This document shows positions 1 through 10,232 of a stretch of DNA of 61,320 nt, piece by piece (position 1 is the first letter of the stretch; each line of letters starts with the position of its first letter). Made by a program: the position numbers and the translations under genes. A model generated the notes under the pieces. It was not told the DNA's origin, ran no database searches, and saw only the letters and a list, made by a program, of their open reading frames with translations. Source of the DNA: Candidatus Sericytochromatia bacterium (GTDB taxonomy: Bacteria > Cyanobacteriota > Sericytochromatia > S15B-MN24 > JAQBPE01); contig JBBAPZ010000014.1 of assembly GCA_040400605.1 (NCBI GenBank), forward strand, positions 22,752 to 84,071, written 5' to 3'.

Positions 1-108
1 CGGTGACGCCTCAACCGCTTGCATCGGCACACGTTGTCCCGTTGCCGGAGGCGGCGGTGACGCCTCAACCGCTTGCATCGGCACACGTTGTCCCGTTGCC
101 GGAGGCGG
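1..108 (+). repeat. Two tandem 54-bp copies encoding VTPQPLASAHVVPLPEAA; may continue left of the window
   Basis: Positions 1-54 and 55-108 are identical. Confidence 0.95.
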
Positions 109-2969
109 CTGCGGGTCAAGTTGCCGTGCCTGCGCCGTCACGCGAACGTTGGGTGCGTGTGTTGTACACGGGATTCGGGGAAGGCTTGGCGGGGGCTTCG
201 GACAGTACGGTCAGTGAAGTGGCGCCGTTGTTTGATTCGCGGCGCAAGCGCGACTTCAGGGTGAGTGGGTGGTTGACGGGGACGGTATATCGTCGCGGAG
301 ATTGGTTCATTTCGCGATCCGACGATAATTTGCGTGTATCCGAGTTGCGTGAATTTTTGCTGGGTCGGCGTGGTGGTTTGGATGTGTTGCCGGCTGGAGA
401 GCGGCGGGCCTTGTTGACAGAGGGGGCCTGTATCATTGATACAGGCGATCGCAAAGGTGATCCGGGTTGTTGGCTGTTGCCGTGGTTGTGGGACGTTGAA
501 CGTGCCAGTGGGGAGTATCCGGACGCGCAAATGATGCGTGCGCGGCGTTATACGTTGTTGGCGGCGGATGGTCAGGAACTTGATTTGTGGCAGGTCGGGA
601 ACGGGGTTGCACCGAGTGCTGCAACATTGGGCCATCCGGACGAATGGGAGAGGCGTCATGTCGGCTCGGTGGTGGGTGAGCGGCCCGATCGCAGCAGCAG
701 TTTGCTTGTGATTCCACGCCCGTATGGTGATACCTTGCGGCGATCGCAATTTGCCAAAGCGTGGCGTGCTCAACTGGGTGAGCAGACCTTGCTTGTCGAT
801 CTCGGCAATCTGTTTAACCCGGGTGAGAGCGACCTCGCGCGCGACCTGCGGGCGCTGGCACTGCAACATGTCGGCACACTGAAACTTGACGCGCTGGTGC
901 CTGCAGAGCCGGAATTGGCTTTAAACGAGGCAGATTGGGCAACACTGGCGAGTCGTGTTCCGTTGCTTGCAGCCAACGTGAAGCGTCGGGATGAGGCGGC
1001 TTCGGGATTGAGCCCGTGGTTGATGAAAGAGGTATCGAATCTCAAGGTTTTGCTGGTGGGGTTGGTGGATGATCGCACGGTGGGCTTGTACCGACGAAAT
1101 GCGGCAGGCGCAAGGTGGGTGGTTGAGGAGCCAATCAGTGCGCTTGAGCGACTGGAGCCTGAGATTCGTGCACAGGGAGCGGACTGTGTGGTGATTGTCA
1201 CGAACATTGGTGATGAGCGTTTGGAGGTTGTCAGGCGTTCGGGATTGGGGCATGCCGTGCTCGCGGATATGTGGGGCGGGCGTGGGCATTCGATTCAGGA
1301 AGTTCTGAAGCTGGACGGGCAGGGGGTGCGCAGGACCTCCAGCAATTTGACTTTTTTGGCCCATTCAAGTCGGAATCGGGTTGGCTTGCTGGAAGCCCAG
1401 TTTGTACAGGCCAAGGATGAGCATCTTGAATTGCGTGAGTTATCCAACACGGCACGGTTGGTGACGGATCAGGTGGAAGGTGATCGCTTGACGCGTGTGG
1501 CGGTGGATGTTTTAAAAGACCGGCATCAAGCGCGTCGCACCGAACTGCTGGTGCCTGATTTGCGCGAGGTGGCGGCACTCGTTCCGGATTGTCCCAAGCC
1601 GGAAAACCCCGGCGCGCTCATGGCACTGGACGGAACGTTGTTCAATCGGTTGATTACCGATGTGTTGCTGGAGCGCTCAGGTGCAGAATTGGCCATCAAC
1701 CGGTTCATCGGGGTCAAGGCGATGCCGACGGGCCCTGTGACCGAATATGCGATCGAACGTTTTCTGGACACCGGCGATCGGGTGATGGTCGGAACCCTCA
1801 ACGGGAAATCGCTCAAAGCGCTGCTCGAACTCGAGAGCGCCAAGCAATTGGTGATTCGCGGCCTGAAGCGTGGACAACCGTTAAAAGTCATGGGGCATCC
1901 CGTGCAAGACGACGAGTTTTATCGGGTGGTCACAACCGATGCCTTGATGGCGCAGCCGCGGGTCGCACCCATTTTTGCGACGGGTCGTTGGCAAGCGTTG
2001 GGAATCGGACCCGAGGCACAGTTGCAACAAGTGGTGCTAGGGACCTTGGTCGAGCGGAAACGCATGTACGGCGGTTTTACAGCTGACTTTATGAATTGGT
2101 TTGCCGGGGCGATCAAAGAAGGTGATGCCCTGACACGGCCACGCTGGTTGATGCGGCTGGATGATGGTGATCTTCAGGTCAACACGTATCGGAATCGTGG
2201 AAACGAAGCGTTTGCACAGGTGCGCAACACACGGGTCAATACACCGGACACCTTGTCCCTTGGCGGCAAGGGGCGGTTGGCGATCGCCTTTGAGAACTCG
2301 GATCTGACGTGGGAAAATCGCCTGCGCGCCATTAACCGCCGTCAAACAATTAACAAAGAAGGTGCACCAATCAACCAGGAAACAGATGATGAGATTTTGC
2401 TGACCACCGAGTTTCGCATGAAACGGTGGCAGTGGCCTTGGGGCTCAGGCGCCGGTGCGTGGCCCGTCACGCCGTACCTTAGCGGCAACTACACGACGGA
2501 GTTTAACCCGGATGTGACCGGGGCGATCGCCAAGGCACGACGCGCCGAACTCAACGCGGTCACCGGGATGATCCTGTCTCCGGGTATGGGCTTCAAGGAC
2601 TTGCGAGCGGGCGTGGTCGTGAAACACGACCTGGCCAATCCCGGCCTGCCAGAACCGGGCCTGGTGCTGGCTGCCAATTACGAACAGACGCTAGCCCCAT
2701 ATTTTCCCGCGACGTTCAAAAGCGGCCTGGATCTAATCAATTATCTGCCCGTCGCAACTGATACGGCTGACCGCCTGGGTTTGATGGCCACCCTCAACGC
2801 AGGCCTTGTCATTCCTTTGTGGGAGCGGCTAAACCTCAATGTGATGGCGGACTGGTTTCTGTTCACCGGCAAAGTCACCCAAACAACCGGCCTCGGCAAC
2901 AGCCTCGACCTCCGTGTGGGCTTGGGCTACACCCTGACCTTCAAACCGCTCGCAGGCATTTGGTACTGA
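3..2969 (+). CDS. 5'-nucleotidase-like (degenerate metallophosphoesterase plus 5'-NT C-terminal domain) protein with C-terminal outer-membrane beta-barrel; probably 5'-truncated by the window
   Basis: LLVDLGNLF, PLLAANV, ADCVVIVTN, then LNGKSLKALLE...YRVVTTD typical of 5'-NT; amphipathic strands ending LRVGLGYTLTF...WY. Confidence 0.65.
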   Translation: MTPQPLASAHVVPLPEAAVTPQPLASAHVVPLPEAAAGQVAVPAPSRERWVRVLYTGFGEGLAGASDSTVSEVAPLFDSRRKRDFRVSGWLTGTVYRRGDWFISRSDDNLRVSELREFLLGRRGGLDVLPAGERRALLTEGACIIDTGDRKGDPGCWLLPWLWDVERASGEYPDAQMMRARRYTLLAADGQELDLWQVGNGVAPSAATLGHPDEWERRHVGSVVGERPDRSSSLLVIPRPYGDTLRRSQFAKAWRAQLGEQTLLVDLGNLFNPGESDLARDLRALALQHVGTLKLDALVPAEPELALNEADWATLASRVPLLAANVKRRDEAASGLSPWLMKEVSNLKVLLVGLVDDRTVGLYRRNAAGARWVVEEPISALERLEPEIRAQGADCVVIVTNIGDERLEVVRRSGLGHAVLADMWGGRGHSIQEVLKLDGQGVRRTSSNLTFLAHSSRNRVGLLEAQFVQAKDEHLELRELSNTARLVTDQVEGDRLTRVAVDVLKDRHQARRTELLVPDLREVAALVPDCPKPENPGALMALDGTLFNRLITDVLLERSGAELAINRFIGVKAMPTGPVTEYAIERFLDTGDRVMVGTLNGKSLKALLELESAKQLVIRGLKRGQPLKVMGHPVQDDEFYRVVTTDALMAQPRVAPIFATGRWQALGIGPEAQLQQVVLGTLVERKRMYGGFTADFMNWFAGAIKEGDALTRPRWLMRLDDGDLQVNTYRNRGNEAFAQVRNTRVNTPDTLSLGGKGRLAIAFENSDLTWENRLRAINRRQTINKEGAPINQETDDEILLTTEFRMKRWQWPWGSGAGAWPVTPYLSGNYTTEFNPDVTGAIAKARRAELNAVTGMILSPGMGFKDLRAGVVVKHDLANPGLPEPGLVLAANYEQTLAPYFPATFKSGLDLINYLPVATDTADRLGLMATLNAGLVIPLWERLNLNVMADWFLFTGKVTQTTGLGNSLDLRVGLGYTLTFKPLAGIWY

Positions 2970-3482
2970 TACTGACGAACAAAAAACCAAAAGCCGCACC
3001 CGTTCATCAAGACCGAAGCAAACCATGCGCCACGTGACGATTCGTACGAACAGCGTGCAGTCAAAAAGCCCGATTGGCGTGTAAAATCGCATCACAGGAA
3101 TGGTGCATTGACACAGCACTCAGCGCTCGCTCGCCCCCCTTGATCCCCTTGTCAGGATAGCGCCCGCGCTGGTACAACGTGTGCAGCAACCATCAACACA
3201 TCATCACCGTTTCGGTGCTAAACGGACGTATAACGCCCCTGCACGGCCAGAGTATCCGACGCGCGTTGGTGGTGGTTATTTAGGCGTGAATGGCGTGCAA
3301 CCGGTATTGGCTTGTATTGTGAAACGAATCTGTTTGGGTTGTGAGACCATTTTTCAGAAATTTTTTGGCTGAATGGTCAACCACCGGTTGAAGGGTGGGT
3401 AAGGCGGGAGGGATTGATGCGAGCGCTTGATAGCGGGCTGGAACACCAAAAAAAAATAACACCGGGCTCACTTTACGGTCGG

Positions 3483-4013
3483 GTGTGGCGGGGAATAACT
3501 GCCCATTTTGTCGCAGCTTGTCACCAGGGCCAACGTCGGCTGATTGGTGTTTTGATCGGGATGTTGGCGCTCTTGGTGGTGGCGCCTTTAACAGGGTGTA
3601 GCCTGTGGCAGGCGTATGCACAACGGGAAGTGATCAGTCGCGCCCGAATCTCATTGCGTGCGGTGGAATTGCCGAGTTTGGATCTCAAAGGCGCCTCCGT
3701 GCGGGTCAGCCTGAACATCGAAAACCCGACACAAACCACCTTGGTCATCGATCGGGTTGATTACATGTTGTTCCTGAACGAACAACGGGCATTAACCGCC
3801 TTCACCGATACGCGGTTGACGGTGCCGGCACAGCAGGCACGGCCATTGGTGCTCAATGCCAATGTGACTTTTGCTGATCTTGGGACACAAGCCCGCCTGT
3901 TTTGGCAAAACCGAAACCTCAAAAATGTGCGTCTGGAAGGCACTGCCTACTTTGAAACCCCACTTGGCGTGGTTGAATACCCCCTGCGATTCAATGGTAA
4001 CCTGAGCTGGTAG
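3483..4013 (+). CDS. LEA type 2 / WHy domain lipoprotein (start uncertain)
   Basis: Lipobox LTGC; SLNIENP-TQTTLVIDRVDY motif. Confidence 0.8.
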   Translation: MWRGITAHFVAACHQGQRRLIGVLIGMLALLVVAPLTGCSLWQAYAQREVISRARISLRAVELPSLDLKGASVRVSLNIENPTQTTLVIDRVDYMLFLNEQRALTAFTDTRLTVPAQQARPLVLNANVTFADLGTQARLFWQNRNLKNVRLEGTAYFETPLGVVEYPLRFNGNLSW

Positions 4014-4240
4014 CTGCGGCATCAGCACTGACCACGTGTGCGCATCAGGCAAAAACGTTCCTGATATGGGGACGGCATTGAACCGTCTCGAATGCCGTTG
4101 CGGGATCAACCACCAACGCACCATCAGTCATTGTGAATGGATGCGCGAATGAATACGAATGCATCGGATTGATCTGGCTTTCATGGTTAAAAAAACGATA
4201 CACTGATGCGACGTCAAGCCAAGAAGCTGGAGATACGGAC

Positions 4241-5299
4241 ATGACATGGATCATGTGGTTGTTGATTTTTGTTCCGCTGGCGGTAGGAGCGGAACTGCTG
4301 CACGCAAACCCGGGTCTGATTTTTGTGTTTTCGATGCTTTCAATCGTCCCATTGGCCAAGATGATGGGCAAGGCGACCGAGGAGATCGCCCTGCGAACGG
4401 GGCCGGGCGTCGGTGGTTTGCTAAACGCCACCTTCGGCAACGCGACCGAGCTCATCATTGCCTTTTTCGCCCTGCGCGCGGGACTCATCGACGTGGTCAA
4501 GGCATCGATCACAGGCAGTATCATTGGCAATATTCTGTTCGTGCTCGGCTTGGCCATTTTCTTGGGCGGGCTTAAGTTCCCGATTCAGCGTTTTAACTCG
4601 ACGGTGGCGGGCCTCAACACCTCTTTGTTGATTCTGGCGGTTGTCAGTTTGCTGGTCCCGGCGGGTTTTGCCGCGACCCACCCGCTGCCCTTGGCCCCAG
4701 AAAGGCTGCAATTTCTGTCACTACTGGTTGCGTTGGTGTTGATCCTCGTCTATGTGGCCAATTTGGTGTTTGCGCTGAAAACCCACACGAATCTGTTTGC
4801 GGGTGGCGAGGGGCAGCACGACGAGGATGAAGTGCCCACAATGAGTGCGAAAGCGGCTGGTGGCCTGTTGCTGTTATCAACGGTTTTGGTTGCGTTGATG
4901 AGTGAATTCCTGGTGGGGTCCATTGATCACGTGACGCAAGAGTTTGGCTTGTCGCCGATGTTTATCGGGGTAATTTTGGTTCCGATCATCGGCAACGCGG
5001 CGGAGCATCTTACCGCGGTAAGCGTGGCAATGAAAAACAAGATGGATCTCTCACTTGGGATCGCAATCGGCTCAACCACCCAAATCGCTTTGCTGGTGGC
5101 ACCTTTGCTGGTTATCGCCGGCTATGTGATTGGCCAACCAATGACACTGGTGTTCACCCACTTCGAAATTCTGGCCGTTGTCGCTGCAGTCGGCATCGCC
5201 AATTTCATCACGCTCGATGGCGAGACCAATTGGATCGAAGGCCTGATGCTGCTCAGTACTTACCTGATTCTTGCGATCGCCTTTTTCTTGCACGCCTGA
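4241..5299 (+). CDS. cax: Ca2+/H+ antiporter (CaCA/CAX family)
   Basis: GGLLNATFGNATE and GNAAEH alpha-repeat motifs, acidic loop HDEDE, GGAG RBS before ATG. Confidence 0.95.
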   Translation: MTWIMWLLIFVPLAVGAELLHANPGLIFVFSMLSIVPLAKMMGKATEEIALRTGPGVGGLLNATFGNATELIIAFFALRAGLIDVVKASITGSIIGNILFVLGLAIFLGGLKFPIQRFNSTVAGLNTSLLILAVVSLLVPAGFAATHPLPLAPERLQFLSLLVALVLILVYVANLVFALKTHTNLFAGGEGQHDEDEVPTMSAKAAGGLLLLSTVLVALMSEFLVGSIDHVTQEFGLSPMFIGVILVPIIGNAAEHLTAVSVAMKNKMDLSLGIAIGSTTQIALLVAPLLVIAGYVIGQPMTLVFTHFEILAVVAAVGIANFITLDGETNWIEGLMLLSTYLILAIAFFLHA

Positions 5300-5405
5300 A
5301 TCATTTCGCTGCCCCAATTTCACATAGCCGCTTGATACCCTGAATCGGTTGTTTCGGCCACTGTCAGGGTATAAAGGGCTTGCTTGTTTTCTGGGGAGTC
5401 CTGAA

Positions 5406-6095
5406 TTGCTCATTCAACTTGTCGAGCCTCATCACTGGGCGCTCTCGCCATACGAAGCACAGTCCCTTCAGAAGCAGATGCGTGAACGGGTCCGCGTAAC
5501 GCCTCACAGCGGCAACGTATCGCGATTGGCTGGTATCGAACTTGCCCACTCTCGCTCAAGCAACCACCTGCGAGTCGGGATCGCGATTTTGTCATTTCCT
5601 GAGTTGGCATTGCTTGAGTGCGTGACCCACGTGCACCAAAGTGATTTTCCCTACATTCCCGGACTGCTGTCGTTCAGGGAGGTGCCAGCCATACTCGAGG
5701 CTTTGGGCAAACTGACGCAAGTGCCGGATTTGTTACTGGTCAATGGGCACGGTGTGGCGCATCCGAATGGGTTGGGGGTTGCGTCACATCTTGGGGTCTT
5801 GCTGGACTTGCCGACAGTTGGTTGTGCTCGTTCCGTATTGGTTGGCAGTTATGTCGAACCGGAGTTATTTGCGGGCGCGAGCAGTTCGCTCGTCTGGCAA
5901 GGCGAAATCATTGGCACGGTTTACCGTTCGCGAAACCGTGTGGCACCTTTGTTCATCTCCGTGGGGCACGGCCTGTCCCGTCAACAGGCACAAGATTGGG
6001 TGGTCGCGTGCTGTCAACACTATCGTTTGCCGGAGCCCTTGCGATTGGCTCAAATTGCGCTGGGTGCAAGCAAATCTGGTGGCAAGCCTGCCTGA
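5406..6095 (+). CDS. nfi: Endonuclease V homologue with substituted catalytic residues
   Basis: FPYIPGLLSFRE, GHGVAHP, ASHLG, PLFISVGH, YRLPEPLR motifs; TTG start after GGGGAG. Confidence 0.9.
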   Translation: MLIQLVEPHHWALSPYEAQSLQKQMRERVRVTPHSGNVSRLAGIELAHSRSSNHLRVGIAILSFPELALLECVTHVHQSDFPYIPGLLSFREVPAILEALGKLTQVPDLLLVNGHGVAHPNGLGVASHLGVLLDLPTVGCARSVLVGSYVEPELFAGASSSLVWQGEIIGTVYRSRNRVAPLFISVGHGLSRQQAQDWVVACCQHYRLPEPLRLAQIALGASKSGGKPA

Positions 6096-6206
6096 GATTC
6101 GTGAACGTGGTTTGATGACTCAGAAGTGGATTCTGTTAGAATGGGTTGGTCATGGGGTTGGCCAATGTAGTGGTACGACCCGAAGGATTACCAGCGAGGA
6201 GGCGTC

Positions 6207-8054
6207 ATGCCGAGGTCAGCGCGCGCATTGATTCGAAAGCCGGTACCAGTTTTGGCGTCGGCGCTTGTCGTGGTTGCAGTGTCAAGTTGCGGCTCCAATC
6301 CTGCGGGGGTTGCGGGTAGTGGTGCGGCCAATTTGCCGCCGCAGAACAACCCGGCGATCGCGGACAGAGATAAAAAAGACGGCGATGCCACGCGCAGAAG
6401 CCTAAGTGGCAGCATCATCGACGCCTTGAGTGGTCAGGCGGTTGAGCGAGCAATTGTGGTGGTGGAAGAAGTTCAAAGCACCGTGATGAGCACGCCGATT
6501 CCAGCGACTCAAGCGCCATCGCCTGAACCGTCAGCCCAAGGTGGTGGCGGTGGTGGCGATGAAGGGGATGATGCGGGTGCACTGAATGGCGCGACCCCAT
6601 CGCCTGGTGTGAGTACGTCGCCTGTTGCCGCGTCTGGTGCACCAACCCCTGTCGGTTCCGCGTTGCGACCATCGTTAGCGCCGCCTTCCGGCGTTTCGGC
6701 CCCGTCCGTTGGTCCTGCAAAGGCCGCTTCGGCTGCCGCGGGTGTGATGCCTTCGCTGGCCCCTGCCAAGGTCATCAATGTTGAGCGCAACGGTAAATTT
6801 GAACTGAAGGATCTTCCCGATACCAGCATGCAGGTGACGGTTTGGGCACCTGGTTATCAAGGGGTGACCTATCAAGGCAAGCTTCCCTCGCAGATCGATC
6901 TTACCCTCAGGCCCTTCAAGGCGGATGAACGAAACCTGCACGCATTGAAAGGTCAAGTCCGTTTCACGAACAATCAGGCGGCAAAGGGCATTGCCGTGGA
7001 ACTGGGAGCCGTTCCGGGTCGCTGGCCGACAAAGAACGCAACCAGCGATGCCGATGGGCGTTTCACGATGACGCAACTGGGGGCAGGAAATCACGTATTG
7101 GGAGCGTGGACGCGCAGTGCCTCAGGTGAAGTCAATGCCTTTGCGCTGTTGAAAGAAGTGCCTTTAGCGGTTGGTCGTGAAAAGCGCAGTGTCAGCCCGA
7201 CGCTGGTTTTGCGTGCGCCGAATGCGCCATGGTTGTTGTCCGGCAATGTAGAGGGGCTGGCAACCGAGGCGGAAATCAAGCGTGCCAGACAGGAAAAAAA
7301 GCCGCTGGCAGGCTTTAAAGGCTTGGATGTACGTGCGTACGTTCAGGTAAACGATACGGAATTGGCGCTTGAGAGCGCCCGCATCGGCAACGATGGGTAC
7401 TTTAGGCTTCGGGTTCCCGATTTACCCAATGGTGCCACCTATCATGTCGTGGCCAGTGCACAAAATGAGTTGGGTCAAATCGCTTATGCGCACCGGTGGG
7501 GACTCAATGGGCCGAGTAGCAAGGTGAATTTGCCCCTGCCCAAATCGAATGTGAGCGTCACGGTTGATGAGGCCAGTCTGACTCCGAAATTTTCGTGGGA
7601 GGGGAGTGGCGCTGATGTGGCGGCTTATCGATTGACACTTGAAGATGCCGTGACAGAGGGCGATACCATTTGGGAGGGTTGGACGACTGGAACCGCGATT
7701 GGGTTGCCAGAGGCCAAAGGTCTTGACTTGCTTAAAGCGGGTCATAGTTATCGCTACCAGTTAACGGCGATTAAGTTGAGTCCTGAGGGCAAACCGGACC
7801 CATTGAGTGTTGGGCAGCAGGCGTGGGAAAGCAGTGTGATGAGCAAGCCGGCCAGTTTCGAGGCTTTGCGGGATAAACGCCCTTCAAAACGAAGTGTGAC
7901 AGGCGTTGCCAAGCCTGATGACACGGGCGAGTCAACGACTGGGGCGAAGGATGAAGCCAAACCGGGTTTGCCGGTGCGGGTTCCCTTGCCGTCCGGCAGT
8001 TCTGGGCCACGTCCAAGTCAACATCCGCGTCTGAAGCCAACGCCCGGTCTTTGA
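6207..8054 (+). CDS. Lipoprotein with carboxypeptidase-regulatory/transthyretin-like Ig domains and Pro/Ser/Ala linker
   Basis: GAGGAGG RBS, lipobox VSSC, SGSIIDALSGQAV and SDADGRF motifs. Confidence 0.7.
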   Translation: MPRSARALIRKPVPVLASALVVVAVSSCGSNPAGVAGSGAANLPPQNNPAIADRDKKDGDATRRSLSGSIIDALSGQAVERAIVVVEEVQSTVMSTPIPATQAPSPEPSAQGGGGGGDEGDDAGALNGATPSPGVSTSPVAASGAPTPVGSALRPSLAPPSGVSAPSVGPAKAASAAAGVMPSLAPAKVINVERNGKFELKDLPDTSMQVTVWAPGYQGVTYQGKLPSQIDLTLRPFKADERNLHALKGQVRFTNNQAAKGIAVELGAVPGRWPTKNATSDADGRFTMTQLGAGNHVLGAWTRSASGEVNAFALLKEVPLAVGREKRSVSPTLVLRAPNAPWLLSGNVEGLATEAEIKRARQEKKPLAGFKGLDVRAYVQVNDTELALESARIGNDGYFRLRVPDLPNGATYHVVASAQNELGQIAYAHRWGLNGPSSKVNLPLPKSNVSVTVDEASLTPKFSWEGSGADVAAYRLTLEDAVTEGDTIWEGWTTGTAIGLPEAKGLDLLKAGHSYRYQLTAIKLSPEGKPDPLSVGQQAWESSVMSKPASFEALRDKRPSKRSVTGVAKPDDTGESTTGAKDEAKPGLPVRVPLPSGSSGPRPSQHPRLKPTPGL

Positions 8055-8094
8055 ATGCGTGAGTCGTTAACCGTACAGAGTTGAAGGATCAATT

Positions 8095-8652
8095 GTGAGC
8101 GATCAAAGTATTCCTGAACGCGGCCTGACATGTGAGCGTGTTTATGAGGGGCGGATGGTAAAAGTTCGTTTGGATGAAGTGGTTTTATCCGACGGGCTCA
8201 TCACGACGCGAGAGGTGGTTGAGCACCCGGGCGCGGTCGCAGTTTTGGCGTTGCGGGACCCTGACACGTTGTTGATGGTACGCCAGTATCGCTACGCGAT
8301 TGGTGCATATTCACTCGAATTGCCGGCGGGGTGTCTGAATTTGCCATCGGAGGCGCCCTTGAGCGCGGCGATGCGTGAACTGGCCGAAGAGACTGGTTAC
8401 GAAGCCACGGATTGGGAATATCTGGGTTTGTGCCACACGTCGTGTGGCTTCACCAATGAAGCGATTCATTTTTTCGTGGCGCGTGGTTTGATAGCGGGTG
8501 TCGCGTGTCCTGATGCAGATGAACGCCTCGAAATTGAGCCAATGACGGTCGAAGAAGTGCTGCAAGCGATTCGCGAGGGACGATTGACGGATGCAAAAAC
8601 GATCGTCGGGTTGATGTGGTTGACTACGCTGCTTGAGAAGTCGAGGGTGTGA
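8095..8652 (+). CDS. nudF: NUDIX hydrolase, ADP-ribose pyrophosphatase-like
   Basis: REVVEHPGAV, QYRY, ELPAG...AAMRELAEETG Nudix box, DAKT. Confidence 0.88.
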   Translation: MSDQSIPERGLTCERVYEGRMVKVRLDEVVLSDGLITTREVVEHPGAVAVLALRDPDTLLMVRQYRYAIGAYSLELPAGCLNLPSEAPLSAAMRELAEETGYEATDWEYLGLCHTSCGFTNEAIHFFVARGLIAGVACPDADERLEIEPMTVEEVLQAIREGRLTDAKTIVGLMWLTTLLEKSRV

Positions 8653-9176
8653 GGGTGAGGCGGATGGTGGCGATCGCCGCCTGGACAATGCTTTTGCTGT
8701 CAGCCTGCGGCTTGCCGCCAGTCTTGACAACGGAGCAACACATCTTCGTACCCTATGCCATGATCGCCGCGGCTCCTGACGGGCAAGGGCTTTTATCAGG
8801 GCCCTTTCAGGGTCAACGGATACCAGCCACGCTCATTGCGGTACCCAAGGAAACCGGCGCGTTCAAAGTGACGCAGGCGTGGTTGGTGTGTCGCGTGGAA
8901 AATGGGGGCTCCTTGCCGTTGGATATGGATTTGTTTGTGAGTCCTGGCTCGCAGGACCCGTATCAAACCAAGGCCATTGACGAGCGATGGCACTTGCCAC
9001 CTGCGAGTCAATCGATCAAGAAAGAGTTTCCATTGGATCCAAGCTGGTTACAGGGGCAGAGTCTACGAATCGGCGCACGCTTCACTTCGACGAACGGCGT
9101 TGAGGACCTCGACAGTGCGACACGTCGGGGCGTGGCGATCACGCACCAATTACGTGCAGTGATTCAGATACTGTAA
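8649..9176 (+). CDS. Hypothetical lipoprotein
   Basis: Lipobox LSAC; GTGA overlap with the Nudix gene stop. Confidence 0.75.
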   Translation: MRVRRMVAIAAWTMLLLSACGLPPVLTTEQHIFVPYAMIAAAPDGQGLLSGPFQGQRIPATLIAVPKETGAFKVTQAWLVCRVENGGSLPLDMDLFVSPGSQDPYQTKAIDERWHLPPASQSIKKEFPLDPSWLQGQSLRIGARFTSTNGVEDLDSATRRGVAITHQLRAVIQIL

Positions 9177-9306
9177 TGATGGCTAGTTATTACATCAATT
9201 GACTTACCCCATGGGGCCTCATAAAATTGTATTGGCGCGTTTTATCATTTGAGTCCGTCAGTGGCTCCAGCCGCTTGCGCCTGGAATAGCATTTAAGGAA
9301 GCACGC

Positions 9307-10209
9307 GTGGAAACCATGCAAGGGCAGGTCTGTTATGGGCCGGCCGAGATTGAGCGCCTGACCGGCATTCCGATGAATACGCTTCGGGCTTGGGAGCGGC
9401 GTTATGGGATGCCGCGGCCGCAGCGCGGTGCCGGCGGGCACAGGTTATATAGCGAGGCTGATTTAAAAGCCTTGCAATGGATTCGCAAGCAGTTAAATGC
9501 GGGGGTGAGCATCAGCCATGCGATCGCCAACCTTCAATCCCAACAACCAAGTGGTGCCCACGTTCATCCGCACGCTTTAACCCAGGATCTACTCACAGCT
9601 TGCGCCGAATTTGATGAACGCCGTGCCGAGCGCATTCTATCCGATGCGTTTTCGTTTCATACGGTCGAGCGGGTCTGTCTCGAGATTATCGTCCCGACAT
9701 TGGTTGCGCTGGGCGAGGGATGGGTAGACGGACAATACAGTATCGCGGTCGAGCATTTCACCACCAGTTTACTCATCGGGCAATTGCATGCCACCTTGCG
9801 CATCCTGCCGATTCCGCAGGGACGGCCGCTCATTTTCGTTGCGTGTGGGCCTGGTGAGCATCACGCTGTCCCAGCATTGATGCTGACAGTTTTGTTACGA
9901 CGTGCAGGCTGGCGTGCCAATTTCTTTGGTGCCAATCTGCCATTGAATGATTGGGTCAAAATTTTGCCGGAACTACGACCTGATTTGTTGATGCTGTCCA
10001 TTTCCATGCCCGAAAATCTGTTGGAACTGGAGTCACAATTGGATTTTTTGCGTTCCAGTCAGTGTTTGCCTCCCGTCATCGTCGGTGGAGCCGCAGTGGC
10101 TACCAAGCCGGAATTGGCGACCCGCCTGGGTTGTCACTATCTTGGCAACGATATCATGGATGTTCTCGACAAGCTCGAAACACTTTGCAAAACACTTGGT
10201 CTGCGGTGA
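9307..10209 (+). CDS. MerR-family cobalamin-binding regulator (CarH/LitR-like)
   Basis: MerR HTH TLRAWERRYG...GGHRLY; W-x9-EH and GEHH B12-binding motifs. Confidence 0.9.
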   Translation: METMQGQVCYGPAEIERLTGIPMNTLRAWERRYGMPRPQRGAGGHRLYSEADLKALQWIRKQLNAGVSISHAIANLQSQQPSGAHVHPHALTQDLLTACAEFDERRAERILSDAFSFHTVERVCLEIIVPTLVALGEGWVDGQYSIAVEHFTTSLLIGQLHATLRILPIPQGRPLIFVACGPGEHHAVPALMLTVLLRRAGWRANFFGANLPLNDWVKILPELRPDLLMLSISMPENLLELESQLDFLRSSQCLPPVIVGGAAVATKPELATRLGCHYLGNDIMDVLDKLETLCKTLGLR

Positions 10210-10232
10210 TTCGAGCTTGCGCCAACGACAAT

